The notes: generated from the sequence alone by a model not told the origin. A stretch of DNA of 64,000 nt from Isurus oxyrinchus (GCA_026770705.1 JANJGN010000150.1:868001-932000), one strand, 5' to 3'; positions 48,860 through 62,827 are shown, counted from the first letter of the stretch. Numbers and translations: made by a program.

Positions 48860-51390
48860 ACGTTTCACTTTTCTGTAAATCGCAGTTTCATTTCCTTAGA
48901 AACCAGGCTTGTGTGATCACTATTTTTAAATAACGTTAATAATAAAGATGCAACAATCCACACGCACACATGTACACACACACACACACTCACTCACAAG
49001 GGTACATAGACAGACACACACTCACTCACACATGTTCACCCAGACACACACACACAGACACACACTGACTCACAGAAGCAGACAGACAGACACACAAACA
49101 GACACACACTGACTCACAGAAGCAGACAGACAGACACACACACAGACACACAAGTCATAATTAAAAAGTTAGAGTCCAATAAAAATTTAAAAGAATATAT
49201 GATTAATACAATTGCTTGTCTTTGAGGTGTAGATTGTTGACGTTTGCAGCTGTTCAAGGTTAATTGGTTTCCTGTGGCATCCTGGTGGTGATTTGATTCA
49301 GATTTGCACTTTGTTGAAGATGCGCTGTTAGCTTCAGAAAGAGAGAGAGAGAGAGAGAGAGAATTTCTGCTCTTTTCCAGCAGTGTTTTTGAGTGACTGC
49401 CATCTTTCTTTTTCCTCCTATTTTCTCTTATATCTGCTTGACAGAACCTGTTGTTAAACTCCTGTCTGTATATTCCCAAAGGGAATTCGATCAGCATGTC
49501 TTGCATTCATTGTCGCAGACCAAGTAATCCCTTTTTTGATCTTTGCATCTCTGAAACATTTGATGCATTTCAAGATATAAATCAACAGGAGATGAAGGCA
49601 TTTCATCTTCCACAAGAGGTTTTGAATGACTGATGAATATCTGCATGGTGAGCAGTTCCCATTAGCTTGATAGACCTACAGTGATCAGAGTCCAGCGCTT
49701 TGCATTTTTAATGGAGCCCCTGTTTCAGGTGGACCCTGACACACCTCAGTGAGAACTTTCATGCAACATGTCTGTAGTGCAATTCATTTGAAGCTTTCCA
49801 GAGAAGTGATCAAGTTTGCAGTATCAGCAATCAGGTGACTCGTGACAGCCATTTTTGATCAATGCCTAATCTTGTACTTTTGAAAAACAGGTCTCCTTTA
49901 AACAGTTCAATACGTTTTTGGCTCGTTGGTTAAGTTGAAGGAAGCTCTGTTATGGCATAACAGATGGTAAATGCTGAGCTGTTCAAATCCTGGAGGGAAA
50001 CTTGAAACAACTGTCACAACTAATTTCCAACTTGTATGTTTTGAGATGTGGGCTTTGAATTCAGTAGTAATGAGATTAAGATGTTTAAGAGGTAATTATG
50101 GTTGGTTGAAAAAAAGGGTTTAAAATATATTTTCCCCCAAATGCAATTTCCAAAGCAAGTCTCTTTGATTGTTAAGAATGAACCAATTAAACCACGTTTG
50201 GTGGAGTCAAAGAAAGAGTCAGTTTATTAGTTACCTAACTGGAGGAAAAATAATNNNNNNNNNNNNNNNNNNNNNNNNNNNNNNNNNNNNNNNNNNNNNN
50301 NNNNNNNNNNNNNNNNNNNNNNNNNNNNNNNNNNNNNNNNNNNNNNNNNNNNNNNNNNNNNNNNNNNNNNNNNNNNNNNNNNNNNNNNNNNNNNNNNGAC
50401 AGACAAATGGACANNNNNNNNNNNNNNNNNNNNNNNNNNNNNNNNNNNNNNNNNNNNNNNNNNNNNNNNNNNNNNNNNNNNNNNNNNNNNNNNNNNNNNN
50501 NNNNNNNNNNNNNNNNNNNNNNNNNNNNNNNNNNNNNNNNNNNNNNNNNNNNNNNNNNNNNNNNNNNNNNNNNNAATAATTATAGAGTCCAATAAAAAAT
50601 TAAAAGAGTCGTTTGCTTGTACTACAGCGTAGGCTGTGAAGTTTGAAGCTGTTTTAAATTAGTTGGTTTTCTGTAGATTCCTGTATTTTATCTGGCTCAG
50701 ACTTGCACATTGTTGAAGACATTCTGTTAGCTTCAGACAGAGAGAGAGAGAGGGAGAAATCATTTCTGCTCTTTTCCAGCAGTGTTTGTGGAAGACTGCC
50801 ATATTTCTTTTTCCCCTCCTTTCTCTTATATCTGCTTGGCAGAACCATTTGTTAAACTCCTGTCTGTATATCCCTGAAGTCAATTCGATCAGCATGTTTT
50901 GCATTCATTGTTATAGACCAAGTATTCCCATTTTTTTATCTTTGCATCTCTGAAACCTTTGATGCATTTCAAGATATAAATCAACAGGAGACGGGGGTAT
51001 TGTATCCCCCACAGGGGGTTTTGAATGGTTGATGATTATCCGCTTGGTGAGCAGTTCCCAATGTTTTGATTGAACTACAGCTGATCAAAGTCCAGCACTT
51101 TACATTTTAATGCCTTCCTTTTAAGAGTGTCTCTATTTGAAGTGGACCCTGACACACCCCAGGCGTGAACTTCCATGCAACAGGTCTGCAGTGCAATTTA
51201 TTTGAACCTTTCCAGAGAAGTGATCAACTTCACAGTATCAGCAATCAGGTGACTTGTGTCAGCCATTTTTGATCTGTGTACAATCTTGTATTTCTTTGAA
51301 AAACAGGTCGCTTTTAGACAGTTCAATATGTCTTTGGTCTCTTAGTTAAGTTGTAGGAAGCTCTTAATCGCAGTTTGTTGTCATTGGGAT
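48860..51390. mobile_element. Two tandem diverged LTR-like repeats
   Basis: About 49170-49946 and 50580-51365 are similar direct copies. The second unit starts TGTTATGG at about 49947, like the element at 21865. Confidence 0.55.
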
Positions 51391-52399
51391 ATTGTCTTTG
51401 TGTGTGTGTTTGTGTGTGTGAGTGAGTGTGTGAGTGAATGTGTGTGTTTGTGTCTGTCTGNNNNNNNNNNNNNNNNNNNNNNNNNNNNNNNNNNNNNNNN
51501 NNNNNNNNNNNNNNNNNNNNNNNNNNNNNNNNNNNNNNNNNNNNNNNNNNNNNNNNNNNNNNNNNNNNNNNNNNNNNNNNNNNNNNNNNNNNNNNNNNNN
51601 NNNNNNNNNNNNNNNNNNNNNNNNNNNNNNNNNNNNNNNNNNNNNNNNNNNNNNNNNNNNNNNNNNNNNNNNNNNNNNNNNNNNNNNNNNNNNNNNACAG
51701 AGTGAAACCTCCTTGAGTCTGGCCACTGTGTTTAACATTTAAGCCACACAGACAGGATGTGGTTAAAAGGTGAAACCACAAGGAGTGAGTGTGTTTCCCA
51801 GTGACTGTCTCTCTGTGGGTTTCCTGTGGGTTTCTATGAACTGCCTGTGGTTTTAAAAAAAATCTTCCAACCCCACATGCACGGCATCAAATAAGGAATT
51901 GGAAGCTGCAGCTCAGAGAGTAACTAGTCCCCCGAGAATTCACAGCCCCTCAAACACAGATTAACAGCATTAATCCTGACCGTCAGCCCACTCACTCATT
52001 GCCTCTTGTCTCAGACACTAGAAAGTGGAAGTTAAGGCCGGATTTTCACTCCCGGGTTGGGGGACACAGAGACGGCAGGAAAAAAGAACAAAATAGGTCT
52101 CGAGCACACAGAGCTCCAAGGGAAGGGTCGTGCTGCAGCTAAGGTGTGAGACATGGTACATTCCCCGGATGCAGCATTGAGGCTTGTATGTCTACACAGC
52201 TGATGTAGGTGCACATGGAACACATGTGAATGAGCACTGTGATGCACACACACCCTGGAGAGTAATATCCCTCCATGCACTACATATCAGGCTAACATCA
52301 ACTCATGTTGTCATTGCTGACTCACAGGGTTGAAGCAGGTCACAGAGACGGCTGCGTCTGGGGTTGGGCCAGCCTCCCTGAGACTCACCGTCCTAACAT

Positions 52400-52940
52400 T
52401 TGATTGGATCACGTCCGATCTGTATCTTAACCCCATTCACCCGCCTCGGTTCTGTGACCCTTAACCCCCGACCCAACAACAATCTCCCAATCTCAGTTTT
52501 GAAATTTACAATTGACCCCTCCCAGTCTCGACAGCTTTTTCTGGGGGAGAGAGTTCCAGATTTCCACCCCCGCTTTGTGTGAAGAAGTGCTTCCTGACAT
52601 CACTCCCTGAACGGCCTGGCTCCAATTTTAATGTTCTGCCCCCTTGTTCTGGACCCCCTCCTCACCTTACCCCCATCTGAGGAAATAGTTGCACTCCATT
52701 GCCCGTAACAAAGCCTTTAATCATCTTAAACACCTCGATTGGATCACCCCTTAATCTTCGAGACTCGAGGGACCACAAGCCTGGTCTGTGCAACCTGTCC
52801 TCAGGATTTAACCCTTTCAGACCCGGGATCGTTCTGGTGACTCTGCACAGCACCCCCTCCAAGGACAATATATCCTCCCTGAGGTGCGGTGTTCTGGACT
52901 GAACCCAGTGACACCAGATTGGATGTGAGGGGACCTTCAT
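52400..52940 (-). mobile_element. CR1 LINE 3' fragment
   Basis: PHLREDILSLEGV...GLKGLNPEDRLHRPGLWSLESRRLRGDPIEVFKMIKG. Confidence 0.85.
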
Positions 52941-53339
52941 AAAACTGTGCCAGACACTTCAAAAATCTCTTCAATTCAACCTTGTAAACGCAGTAGGAAA
53001 AATCCCACGGGGCCATTGTATCTTAGCAACATCGTAAACTTGGCCAAAAGAATCTCCCTGGTCACCCCTGAGTGTTACTCATATTGTAAACACAAAGTAT
53101 ACAGCTCCTCCAGTCTCTGAGAAGCAAAGGTAGGACACTAGAGCACCACCACTGGTAGGAGGCTGTAATTACAGTGTGACATGTTTACATGGGAATGTTC
53201 CATTACCAATGACACAGGAATTTAAATAATCAGAAGGACATGTGACAACAGGAAGTGGTGCCTTGGAGAATGGAATTATTCACTAGAGTACGTATTTAAT
53301 TTGATAAAAATGTACAGAAATGTCAGGGCATTTTAATTG

Positions 53340-55420
53340 CTTCTTTTTTATATTCATTCACTGACACTGGCTAGGCCAGAATTTATTGCCCATCCCTAAT
53401 TGTCCTTGAGAATATGGTGGTGATCTGCCTTCCTGAGCTGCTGCAGTCCCTGTGGTGTATGTACACCCACAGAACTGTTTGGGAGGGAGTTGCAGGATTC
53501 TGACCCAGCGACAGTGAAGGAACGGTGATATATTTCCAAGTCAGGATGGTAAGTGGCTTGGAGGGGAACTTCCAGGTGGCGGTGTTCCCATGTGTCTGCT
53601 GCCCTTGTCCTTCTAGATGGTAGTGGTCATGTGTTTGGAAGGTGCTGTCTAAGGAGGCTTGGTGACTCCCTGCGTTGCATCTTGTAGATGGTACAGACAC
53701 TGCTGCCACTGTGCGTCAGTTGTAGAGGGAGAGAATGTTTGTGGATGGGGTGCAAATCAAGCGGGGCTGCTTTGTCCTGGATGGTGTCGAGCTTCTTGAG
53801 TGTTGTTGGAGCTGTACTCATCCAGGAAAGTGGCGAGTATTCCATCACACTCCTGACCTGTGCCTTGAGGTTGGTGGACAGGCTTTGGGGAGTCAGGAGG
53901 CGAGTTACTCACCACAGGATTCCCAGGCTCTGGCCTGCTCTTATAGTCACAGTTTTTATATGGCTAGTACAGTTCAGTTTCTAGTCAATGGTAACCCCCA
54001 GAGTGTTGATAGTGGGGGATTCAGCAATGGTGATGCCATTGGACATTAAGGGGAGATGGATATATTCTCTCTGGTTGGAGATGGTCATTGCCTGGCACTT
54101 GTGTGGCATGAATGTTACTTGCCACTTGTCAGGCCAAGCCTGGATATTGTCCAGGTCTTGCTGCATTTGGACATGGACTGCTTCAGTATCTGATGAGTCA
54201 TGAATGATGTTGAACATTGTGCAATCATCAGTGACCATCCATAATTCTGACCATCTGATAGAATGAATGTCATTGATGAAGCAGCTGAAGATGTTTGGGC
54301 CTGGGACACTACACTGAGCAACTCCTGCAGTGATGTCCTGGAACTGAGATGACTGACCTCCAACAACCACAACCACCTTCCTTTGTACTTGGTATGAATC
54401 CAACGAGTGGAGAGTTTTCCCTGTGACATGACATGGCAGATGATGTGTGCTTGGTGCTCCAAATCCACAAGGGAAAATTGGTCACGCTATCACAATAGTT
54501 TTGCAATTTGTATTTATTACAGGAAGCGTGCACTGAATTCAGGAGTAATGAGTTGACCACAACCTTTAGACATTTTAAAAATTCAATTACGATATTTATT
54601 AACAAAATAAAAGATTTCAAGCACAGACATAATACCACGGTTAGTTACAGCTAAAATATATTCTCAAATTCCTAATTAACCTGACTCCCAGTTACAGAGC
54701 CCGTTTAAGGCAACAGTCCAAAATAAGATTTTAGATTAAAAACAAACCCAGCGAGTTAACACAGCACACACTTGACACTGGAATTCTAAATGGATTTCTC
54801 CAACTTTATTTACTGAACATAACAGACTTATGCACAAATGCCTGGAGGCTTCTTCAAGCCTGTTTCACACACTCCTGTTAGATCTTACATGGCCCCAAAC
54901 ATAGCCTTTCATTCTCCTTTATACATGTTTCTCTCTCTTTGATGTGTAAATTCTTTGGAACTGTACCTTTCCCATAATATAAACTTTCATGTTGCCAATA
55001 TTGTCAATGAAGTTTGGGTAAAATTAAAAAAAAAACTCCTTAGCTTTGCTTATTGGGCTTGTCCTAAACAGACCAACATCCCTTTGAAATCTAAACAACC
55101 CCTTCGCACCTTACATGCTAACACAGCCTCCATGTGTTCTCATTAGCATTTCAAGTACATTTCTACATCTAGCTTCTTTTGATAATCTCAAGCTTGCAGT
55201 CTACCTGTCTCCAGATGTAATTAAACTACACAGACAGACACATCTACACTCACACCCATAAACCTAGTTTACTACAAACCAGGAAAATATTAAGCAAATT
55301 ATTATACTTTCGTACCACCCCTGATTCCCATTGACTCCAGTTATGCTCGGGCTCCTAGAGGCCACACTTGGTCAAATGCAGCCTTAATGTTAAGGGCAGT
55401 CACTCTCACCTCACCTTGTA
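53340..55420 (-). mobile_element. LINE RT fragment interrupted by a solo LTR (54422-55317)
   Basis: ITAGVAQCSVPGPNIFSCFIND...VTDDC...MQQDLDNIQAW RT motifs. The LINE sequence resumes after a TG...CA element inserted in a C run. Confidence 0.8.
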
Positions 55421-55610
55421 TTAACAGGTGTAAAATTATACATAACCCATAAGCTTCTCGCAATCTTTTACAGCATGGAAAAAGGTGCAGCATTCAGAAA
55501 GCTCACTCAGAACAGATTTAAAAAAAAGTTGAGCAACATCATATTTCTGTTCATTACTATTTGGCCATGTTGGCTGCACACACCCCACAGCCCCGCTCCC
55601 TGTTTCACAC

Positions 55611-55859
55611 TCAGTTTTTCTGGAACCTGATCTGTGTGTATTCCGTGTCCTCGCTCCTGTGCACAGTCCTGTCACCGCTGGGCAGCTTTGAAAAGTTGAT
55701 GTTGGCGTAGAGAAGGTCGGCGGTATTGTCGGGGTTCCCATGTCCAACATCGCCTCCCACTGGACCTTCAGAGAGATCCCGGGGAGCTGGGGTCTCCCCC
55801 TCACTAGTTGTGTCTCTGGTTGTTTCCCGGGGCTCAGAAATCAGCAAGTTCTGTTCATC
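55611..55859 (-). CDS. Inhibitory Siglec-like gene: terminal exon with ITIM (LLYANI) and ITSM (TEYTQI)
   Basis: ctgtag|GAT GAA CAG, phase 0. DEQNLLISEP...DLLYANINFSKLPSGDRTVHRSEDTEYTQIRFQKN*. Confidence 0.9.
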   Translation of the reverse strand, partial: DEQNLLISEPRETTRDTTSEGETPAPRDLSEGPVGGDVGHGNPDNTADLLYANINFSKLPSGDRTVHRSEDTEYTQIRFQKN

Positions 55860-56784
55860 CTACAGAGAAATGGAAACAGAAGACATCCTCACATCATTTA
55901 CTGGCACTGATAGGGTTAAATTATTGTGCAGCCTCATTAGTGTCAGTCGTGTCTCAGTGGGTTTAAGCCTTTTTTTCACTCTCTTTCTCTGTCTCTCTTT
56001 CTCTCTTGCTTTCTCTCTCTCTTTATAATTTAATCTCTATCACACTCCAACAGTGCAGCACTCCCTCAGTACTGACCCTCTGACAGTGCAGCACTCCCTC
56101 AGTACTGACCCTCTGACAGTGCAGCACTCCCTCACTACTGACCCTCCGACAGTGCAGTACTCCCTCAGTACTGACCCTCTGACAGTGCAGCACTCCCTCA
56201 GTACTGACCCTCTGACAGTGCAGCACTCCCTCAGTACTGACCCTCTGACAGTGCAGCACTCCCTCAGTACTGACCCTCTGACAGTGCAGCACTGCCTCAG
56301 TACTGATACTCCGCACGTCCAGCACACGATCAGTACTGACCATCAGACAGTGCAACACTCCCTCAGTACTGACACTCTGACAGTGCAACACTCCCTCAGT
56401 ACTGACCCTCCGACAGTGCTGCACTCCCTCAGTACTGATCCTCTGACAGTGCAACACACCCTCAGTACTGACCCTCCGACAGTGCAGCACTCCCTCAGTA
56501 CTGACACTCCGACAGTGCATCACTCCCTCACTACTGACCCTCTGACAGTGCAGCACTCCCTCACTACTGACATCAGGTGCCTTGTCATTATTGTGTTCAG
56601 GTTTCTGGTCAAAGAGCGAGTGATGGAGGGAGACAGAGGCAGGGAGCGAGAGACAGTGCTGACCACTGAGCCATTGCTGACTTCACAGGGCGATATCTGT
56701 GTGTAACCCGGCTGAGAATCTGGTATACGTGTTGTCTACAGACTGAGGTTGAAGCTATGGAGTGAGTGTAAACAGCTCCTGTAC

Positions 56785-56866
56785 CTGGTGCTTCACAGAG
56801 AGTGACCTGAGGGTCAATGCAATGTAATTGGTCCCTGAACCTCTGTCCTCCATCGCTGTCTTTCTC
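56785..56866 (-). CDS. Inhibitory Siglec-like gene: first cytoplasmic exon
   Basis: ttgcag|G AGA AAG ... CAG|gtacag, 82 nt, RKTAMEDRGSGTNYIALTLRSLSVKHQ. Phases fit the neighbouring exons. Confidence 0.85.
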
Positions 56867-57744
56867 CTGCAATAACACAATATCACACTGTGGTTATCAT
56901 ATAGCAAAGAGTCGGTGCAGCACAGACACAGAGCCCACTGTAACCTTACACCAACGACTGGACTGGCTCTAGTTCCAATAAGGGGTATCAGCGTGACATC
57001 ACTATAATGGAAGTGTGTCATGTGATCCAGTCTCAATTTGACATTTGCTTTGAGCAGAGCACACATTCACAGCTCTGATGCCTTCAAGCTTTCTCCGTAT
57101 GTATAACTGTTCTCATGCCGAGTCTTGATAAACAAATCATTAACATTCTCACCAAATCCCCTATGAGTGATTGGTGTTTTCTGTCTTATACAGTAAATAA
57201 GCCTAAGGTATAATATCATTATAATGACACGCCATATCTTTGACCCCCCCTCCACCCCTGCTCTTCCCCCCATAGCCCTTCAAATGTTCCCCCTTCAAGT
57301 ATTTATCCAATTCCCCTTTTGAAAGTTCCTATTGAATCTGCTTCCACCGCCCTTTCAGGCAGCACCTTCCAGATCACAGCAACTGATTATTATTCATCTG
57401 GATAACGGGCAATGAAAAACACTGTCTGGATCATAACGGATAAAGAGACCAGTTAGGGAGAGGCATCTGGCGCTTAACACAAGGGAAACAATCACCGACT
57501 TAAGGAAAGAACATTGAAGCAAATATTTATCCCGGAGTAATCGTGCAGAGTGAGGAATCTCTGGGTCTCGTGATCGTTTACCTGGATACAGGACAATGAA
57601 AGGTTCTCTCTGGATCAGAGTGGACACAGGGATCACTTACAGAGAGGGACCTGGTGCTGATCCCAAGGGAAACAATCACCGACTTCAGGAAAGAACATTG
57701 AAGCAAATGTTTATATTAAAATCAAGTTAAATCTTCAGACTTAC

Positions 57745-57841
57745 TTTCTCACACAGATGAAGATGAAGATTCCAGCCAGGAAAATACTCAACATGATCCC
57801 AGCCGTGAATAATCCTACTGTCCCTTTACTGGAGTCTCTAC
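57745..57841 (-). CDS. Inhibitory Siglec-like gene: TM exon (uncharged)
   Basis: ttttacag|GT AGA ... AGA AA|gtaagt, 97 nt, phase 1 to 2. RDSSKGTVGLFTAGIMLSIFLAGIFIFICVRK. Confidence 0.88.
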
Positions 57842-58660
57842 CTGTAAAAACAGCCATTAATTACTGCACTACAGGTTTACAATGATGCTCCGATGTATCT
57901 CGAGAAGCGATACACTCACTCAGTGTTTAAATACTCATTCTCGGGCAATGCTGACATTTATTATCCATCCCTAGTTTCCCCTTGAGATGGTGGTGGGGGG
58001 TCTTCCTCCTGAACCACTGGTTTGTCCCAAACTGGGAGACCAGTTCAGAGGGCAGGTGTGAGTTAACCATGTTGGTGTCTGAGACTGGAGTCACATCCAC
58101 ATCGAGACATGCTTCCCTCCCTAAAGGGTATGTAGTCTCTCTACACATTAAACAACCAACCTCATTGAAATAATCGCCTATCAGGTCATTAAGACACTGT
58201 GGTTTGTGGGATCTTGCTGTGTACACATCAGTACCTGTGTTTCCTACATTACAACAGTGAGCTCACTTCGATAATGCTTCATTGGCTATTGAATGTTTAG
58301 TCATTTCTAAGCAATTTATGAATACAAGTGTTGCATTTCAAAGTAATCCATGTAACATTTATATATAATATTTATCAATTAAAGAATGAGAAGTTCAGCA
58401 ATTAAAAGGGTTGTTCAGGACAGTTAGAGAGAGAAAGGTCGTCAAGTACGGAGATTGGAAACGAAGACCTGACAGCCTTGTCCTCACAACCATTGAAGGA
58501 GAAACTGAGAGCAAAAACAGAAAGGGAGAGGAAAAATTGGGTGTGTGGATAACGTGGACTGAGCGAGGATTGAAGAAAACTGGATTAAAAACAACACGAT
58601 CCCAATGGCTCCACGGAGACCACGGAGACAACAAACAAACAAATGTATCTCCACACTCAC

Positions 58661-58727
58661 GTTCCACAGTGATGGTTATGAACCCCTCCACTGCTCCATG
58701 TTCATTCTCTGCCACACACTGATAGTC
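58661..58727 (-). pseudogene. 5'-truncated membrane-proximal C2-set exon remnant
   Basis: Only DYQCVAENEHGAVEGFITITVE and the donor remain. The acceptor and the first 215 nt are deleted. Confidence 0.85.
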
Positions 58728-59295
58728 ACAACCTGGGCCCCCTCTGCCCTATCAGGTTGGGATAAACAATCCCAAGGGTCAACACAAGGAACAGCTCTCC
58801 CTGGTACTTGTGCGGCATGAACATTAATTGTCATTTCTCAGCCCAAGCTGAGTGTTATTCAGCTCTTGCTGCATGTGGATATGTAAACTGTCACGCTGTA
58901 ATTACAGCCTTCCACCAGAGGAGACACTGTCAGGCTAGAAGAAAAGAAAATGTCTTTCACATCATCAGGATGTTCACAGGGATTTGACAGTGGAGGAATT
59001 GCTTTAGAATAATGGGGTATTGAGTGATAAACCTACAATTCTCTGTGCAGGGGGCTGCTCGTCCAATCCAGGGTCTTGTTCAGCTGATGTCGTCAGTGTT
59101 TCAGACAGAATCTGGAGCAACACTCCAGTGCAGCACAGCAAGAACAGACAACTCACACATGTCTGTGTGTGTGTGAGCAAGCACACGTGTGATTCTGTAT
59201 GTATGCTTGTGTGTGTGAGCATACAGGCGTGCACACCTGTGCACATGTGGGATTAAATATGAACGCATGTTTACGTGCACCTGTTTATGTGTATG

Positions 59296-59333
<38 letters not shown>

Positions 59334-59389
59334 TGTGTATGTGTGTGTGTGTGTGTGTGTGAGTGATGTTGAAGTTTGCAGTAACTCAC

Positions 59390-59671
59390 GTTCCACAGTG
59401 ATGGTTATGAATCCCTCCACTGCTCCATGTTCATTCTCTGCCACACACTGATAGTCTCCAGTGTCCCTGGATGTAACGTGAGGAATCACCAACCACAGCT
59501 CATTGTTGGAACTTGTTCTGTTCATTGGGACATTAAGATGTCGCCACGTCAGGTTAGAAGCTGGGAAGCTCTCGACAGAGCAGATTATCACTGCAGAATT
59601 CCCCTCAATTATATTGATCCATGAAGCGTTAATCATATCAAGAGAATTGATTGAGAGATTCCGTGGTGCAT
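59390..59671 (-). CDS. Tandem C2-set Ig exon
   Basis: 282 nt, phase 1-1. APRNLSINSLDMINASWINIIEGNSAVIICSVESFPASNLTW...DTGDYQCVAENEHG. Confidence 0.9.
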
Positions 59672-60463
59672 CTAAAAACATAGAAAGATTTTAACGTGAG
59701 CAAACATAGTGCACAGCAAGACTCCATGCATCATGTCTCTGTATCTGATGTCTGAATGCATTTTTAGGTAACTTCCCTCAAGATAACATCTTATGCCACA
59801 TTTTTAATGGACACTGCCTATGTAAACTGTCACACTGCAATTGCATTCTCCCACCAGTAGAGGTGTTGTCCATTTAGATTGAAAGAAGCTTTCTTTCACA
59901 TCCTCAGGATTTCGCCAATGGCTTGACAGGCAATGTTTGATTGATGGAGCACTGAGGGGTAAATCTACCATTCTCTGTTCAGGAGGTTGCTCATCCAATT
60001 CAGGGACTTGTTGATCTGGAATTTACCTTCCTTCAACACAGAATCAGAGCTGATACTGAGACTCCAGTGCAGCACTGAGAGAGGACAGTGAAATCACATT
60101 TGTGTATGTGTGTGAGTGTGTGAGTGTTTGTGTTTCTGCACAAGTGAGTGTGCTTGTGTGTGTATGCACACATGTATCTGTGTGTGCGCATGCACGCATG
60201 TCTGTGTGTCTACGTCTGTCCAAGAGTGAGTGAATGTGCATGTGTGTGTCTATGTGTGGGCATGAAATTGTGTGTGTGTGTGAGTTGTGTATATATATTC
60301 CTCTGTATGTGTTTGCANNNNNNNNNNNNNNNNNNNNNNNNNNNNNNNNNNNNNNNNNNNNNNNNNNNNNNNNNNNNNNNNNNNNNNNNNNNNNNNNNNN
60401 NNNNNNNNNNNNNNNNNNNNNNNNNNNNNNNNNNNNNNNNNNNNNNNNNNNNNNNTAACTCAC

Positions 60464-60745
60464 GTTCCACAGTGATGGTTATGAACCCCTCCACTGCTCC
60501 ATGTTCATTCTCTGCCACACACTGATAGTCTCCAGTGTCCCTGGATGTAACGTGAGGAATCACCAACCACAGCTCATTGCTGGAACTTGTTCTGTTCATT
60601 GGGACATTAAGATGTCGCCACGTCAGGTTAGAAGCTGCGAAGCTCTCGACAGAGCAGATTATCACTGCAGAATTCCCCTCAATTATATTGATCGATGAAG
60701 CGTTAATCATATCAAGAGAAGTAATTGATAGGTTCCGTGGTGCAT
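60464..60745 (-). CDS. Tandem C2-set Ig exon
   Basis: 282 nt, near-identical copy (ESFAAS and TSSSN variants), AG/GT intact. Confidence 0.9.
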
Positions 60746-61733
60746 CTAAATACAAATAAAGGTTTCATTGTGAGCAAACACAGTGCACAGCAAGACTCCA
60801 GGTATCATCTCTCTCTATTTGGTGTCTATGTGCATTTCAAGGTTTCTGTCCTGTTTTAAGTTTCTATGTCAACTTTTATAATGGTCACTGCCGGTGTTTT
60901 TCTTTTTGTACATTCATGGGAAGTGGATGTATCTATCTAGACCAGCATTTATTACCCATCCCTAATTGCCCTTGAGGAGGTGGTGGTGAGTTTTTCACCC
61001 CCACAGAATTCCCAGCCTCTGACCGGCTCCTGTAGCCACAGTATTTATGGCCGGTCCAGTTAGTTGTTTGGTTAACACCCCCCAGGATGTTGATTGTGGG
61101 GGATTCAGTGACCGTAAACTCACTGAACATCAAGGGAAGTTGGTTAGATTCTCTCTTGTTGGACATGATCACTGCCTGGTACTTGTGATGCATTAATTGT
61201 CATTTCTCAGCCCAAGCTGAGTGTTGTTCAACTCTTGCTGCATGTGGATATGTAAACTGTCACGCTGTAATTACAGCCTTCCACCAGAGGAGACACTGTT
61301 GGGCTAGAAGAAAAGAAAATGTCTTTCACATCATCAGGATGTTCACAGGGATTTGACAGTGGAGGAATTGCTTTAGAATAATGGGGTATTGAGTGATAAA
61401 CCTACAATTCTCTGTGCAGGGGGCTGCTCGTCCAATACAGGGTCTTGTTCAGCTGATGTCGTCAGTGTTTCAGAGCAGAATCTGGAGCAACACTCCAGTG
61501 CAGCACAGGGAGAACAGACAACGCACACATGTCTGTGTGTGTGTGTGAGCAAGCACACGTGTGATTCTGTGTATGTTTCCTTCTGTGTGTGTGAGCATGC
61601 AGGTGTACACACCTGTGCACATGTGGGATTGCACATGAATGCTTGTTTGTGTGCACGTGTCTGTGTGTGTGTGTGTATGTGTATGTGTGTGTGTGTGTAT
61701 GTGAGAGTAATGTTGAAGTTTGTGTTAACTCAC

Positions 61734-62015
61734 GTTCCACAGTGATGGTTATGAATCCCTCCACTGCTCCATGTTCATTCTCTGCCACACACTGATAGTC
61801 TCCAGTGTCCCTGGATGTAACGTGAGGAATCACCAACCACAGCTCATTGTTGGAACTTGTTCTGTTCATTGGGACATTAAGATGTCGCCACGTCAGGTTA
61901 GAAGCTGGGAAGCTCTCGACAGAGCAGATTATCACTGCAGAATTCCCCTCAATTATATTGATCGATGAAGCGTTAATCATATCCAGAGAAGTAATTGAGA
62001 GATTCTGTGGAGCAT
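61734..62015 (-). CDS. Tandem C2-set Ig exon
   Basis: 282 nt, near-identical copy (APQNLSIT), AG/GT intact. Confidence 0.9.
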
Positions 62016-62723
62016 CTAAAAACAAATAAAGTTTTTAATGTGAGCAAGCAGCATGCACAGCAAGACTCCATGCATCATCTCTCTGTATCTGATGTCTGTA
62101 TGCATGTCCAGATACCTTCCCTCCATATAACTTCCACTGTCAAATTTATAATGGGCACTGCCGATGTAAACAGTCAAACTACAGTTACATTCTCCCACCA
62201 GTAGAGGTGCTGTCCACCTAGAATGAAAGAAACTTCCTTGCACATCCTCAGGATTTTGCCAAGGGCTTGATAGGCAATGAATTGTATTTGATCGATGGAG
62301 CTCTGAGGGGTAAGTCTACAATTCTCTGTTCAGGAGGTTGCTCCATCCAATTCAGGGTCTTGTTGATCTGGAGTTTACCTTCCTTCAACACAGAATCGGA
62401 GCTGATACCAAGACTCCAGTGCAGCCCTGAGAGAGGAGAGGGACCTCATGTGTGTGTATGTGTGTGTTTGTGTTTCTGCACATGTGAGTGTGTTTGTGTG
62501 TGTATGCACGCATGTGTCTGTGTGTGCGTGTGTGTATGTGTTTTGCATATGTTTGTGTCTCTTAGTGTATACGTCTGTGCATGTGTGAACGTGAGTGCAT
62601 GTGTATGTCTATATGTGTGCCTGTGTGAGTGTGTGCGTGTGAGTTGAGTGTATGTGAGTTTCTGTGTATGTTTTTGCACGTGTATGACTGTGTGTGTAAA
62701 TGTACACGTATGTGTCTACACAT

Positions 62724-62784
<61 letters not shown>

Positions 62785-62827
62785 TGTGTGCGTGTGTGAG
62801 AGAGATGTTGAGTTGGCATTAACTCAC

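Noticed and set aside
57390-57710. About 184-bp direct duplication with a gtaagt donor in the intron after the TM exon
   Set aside because: No convincing open exon, so treated as an ordinary intronic duplication.
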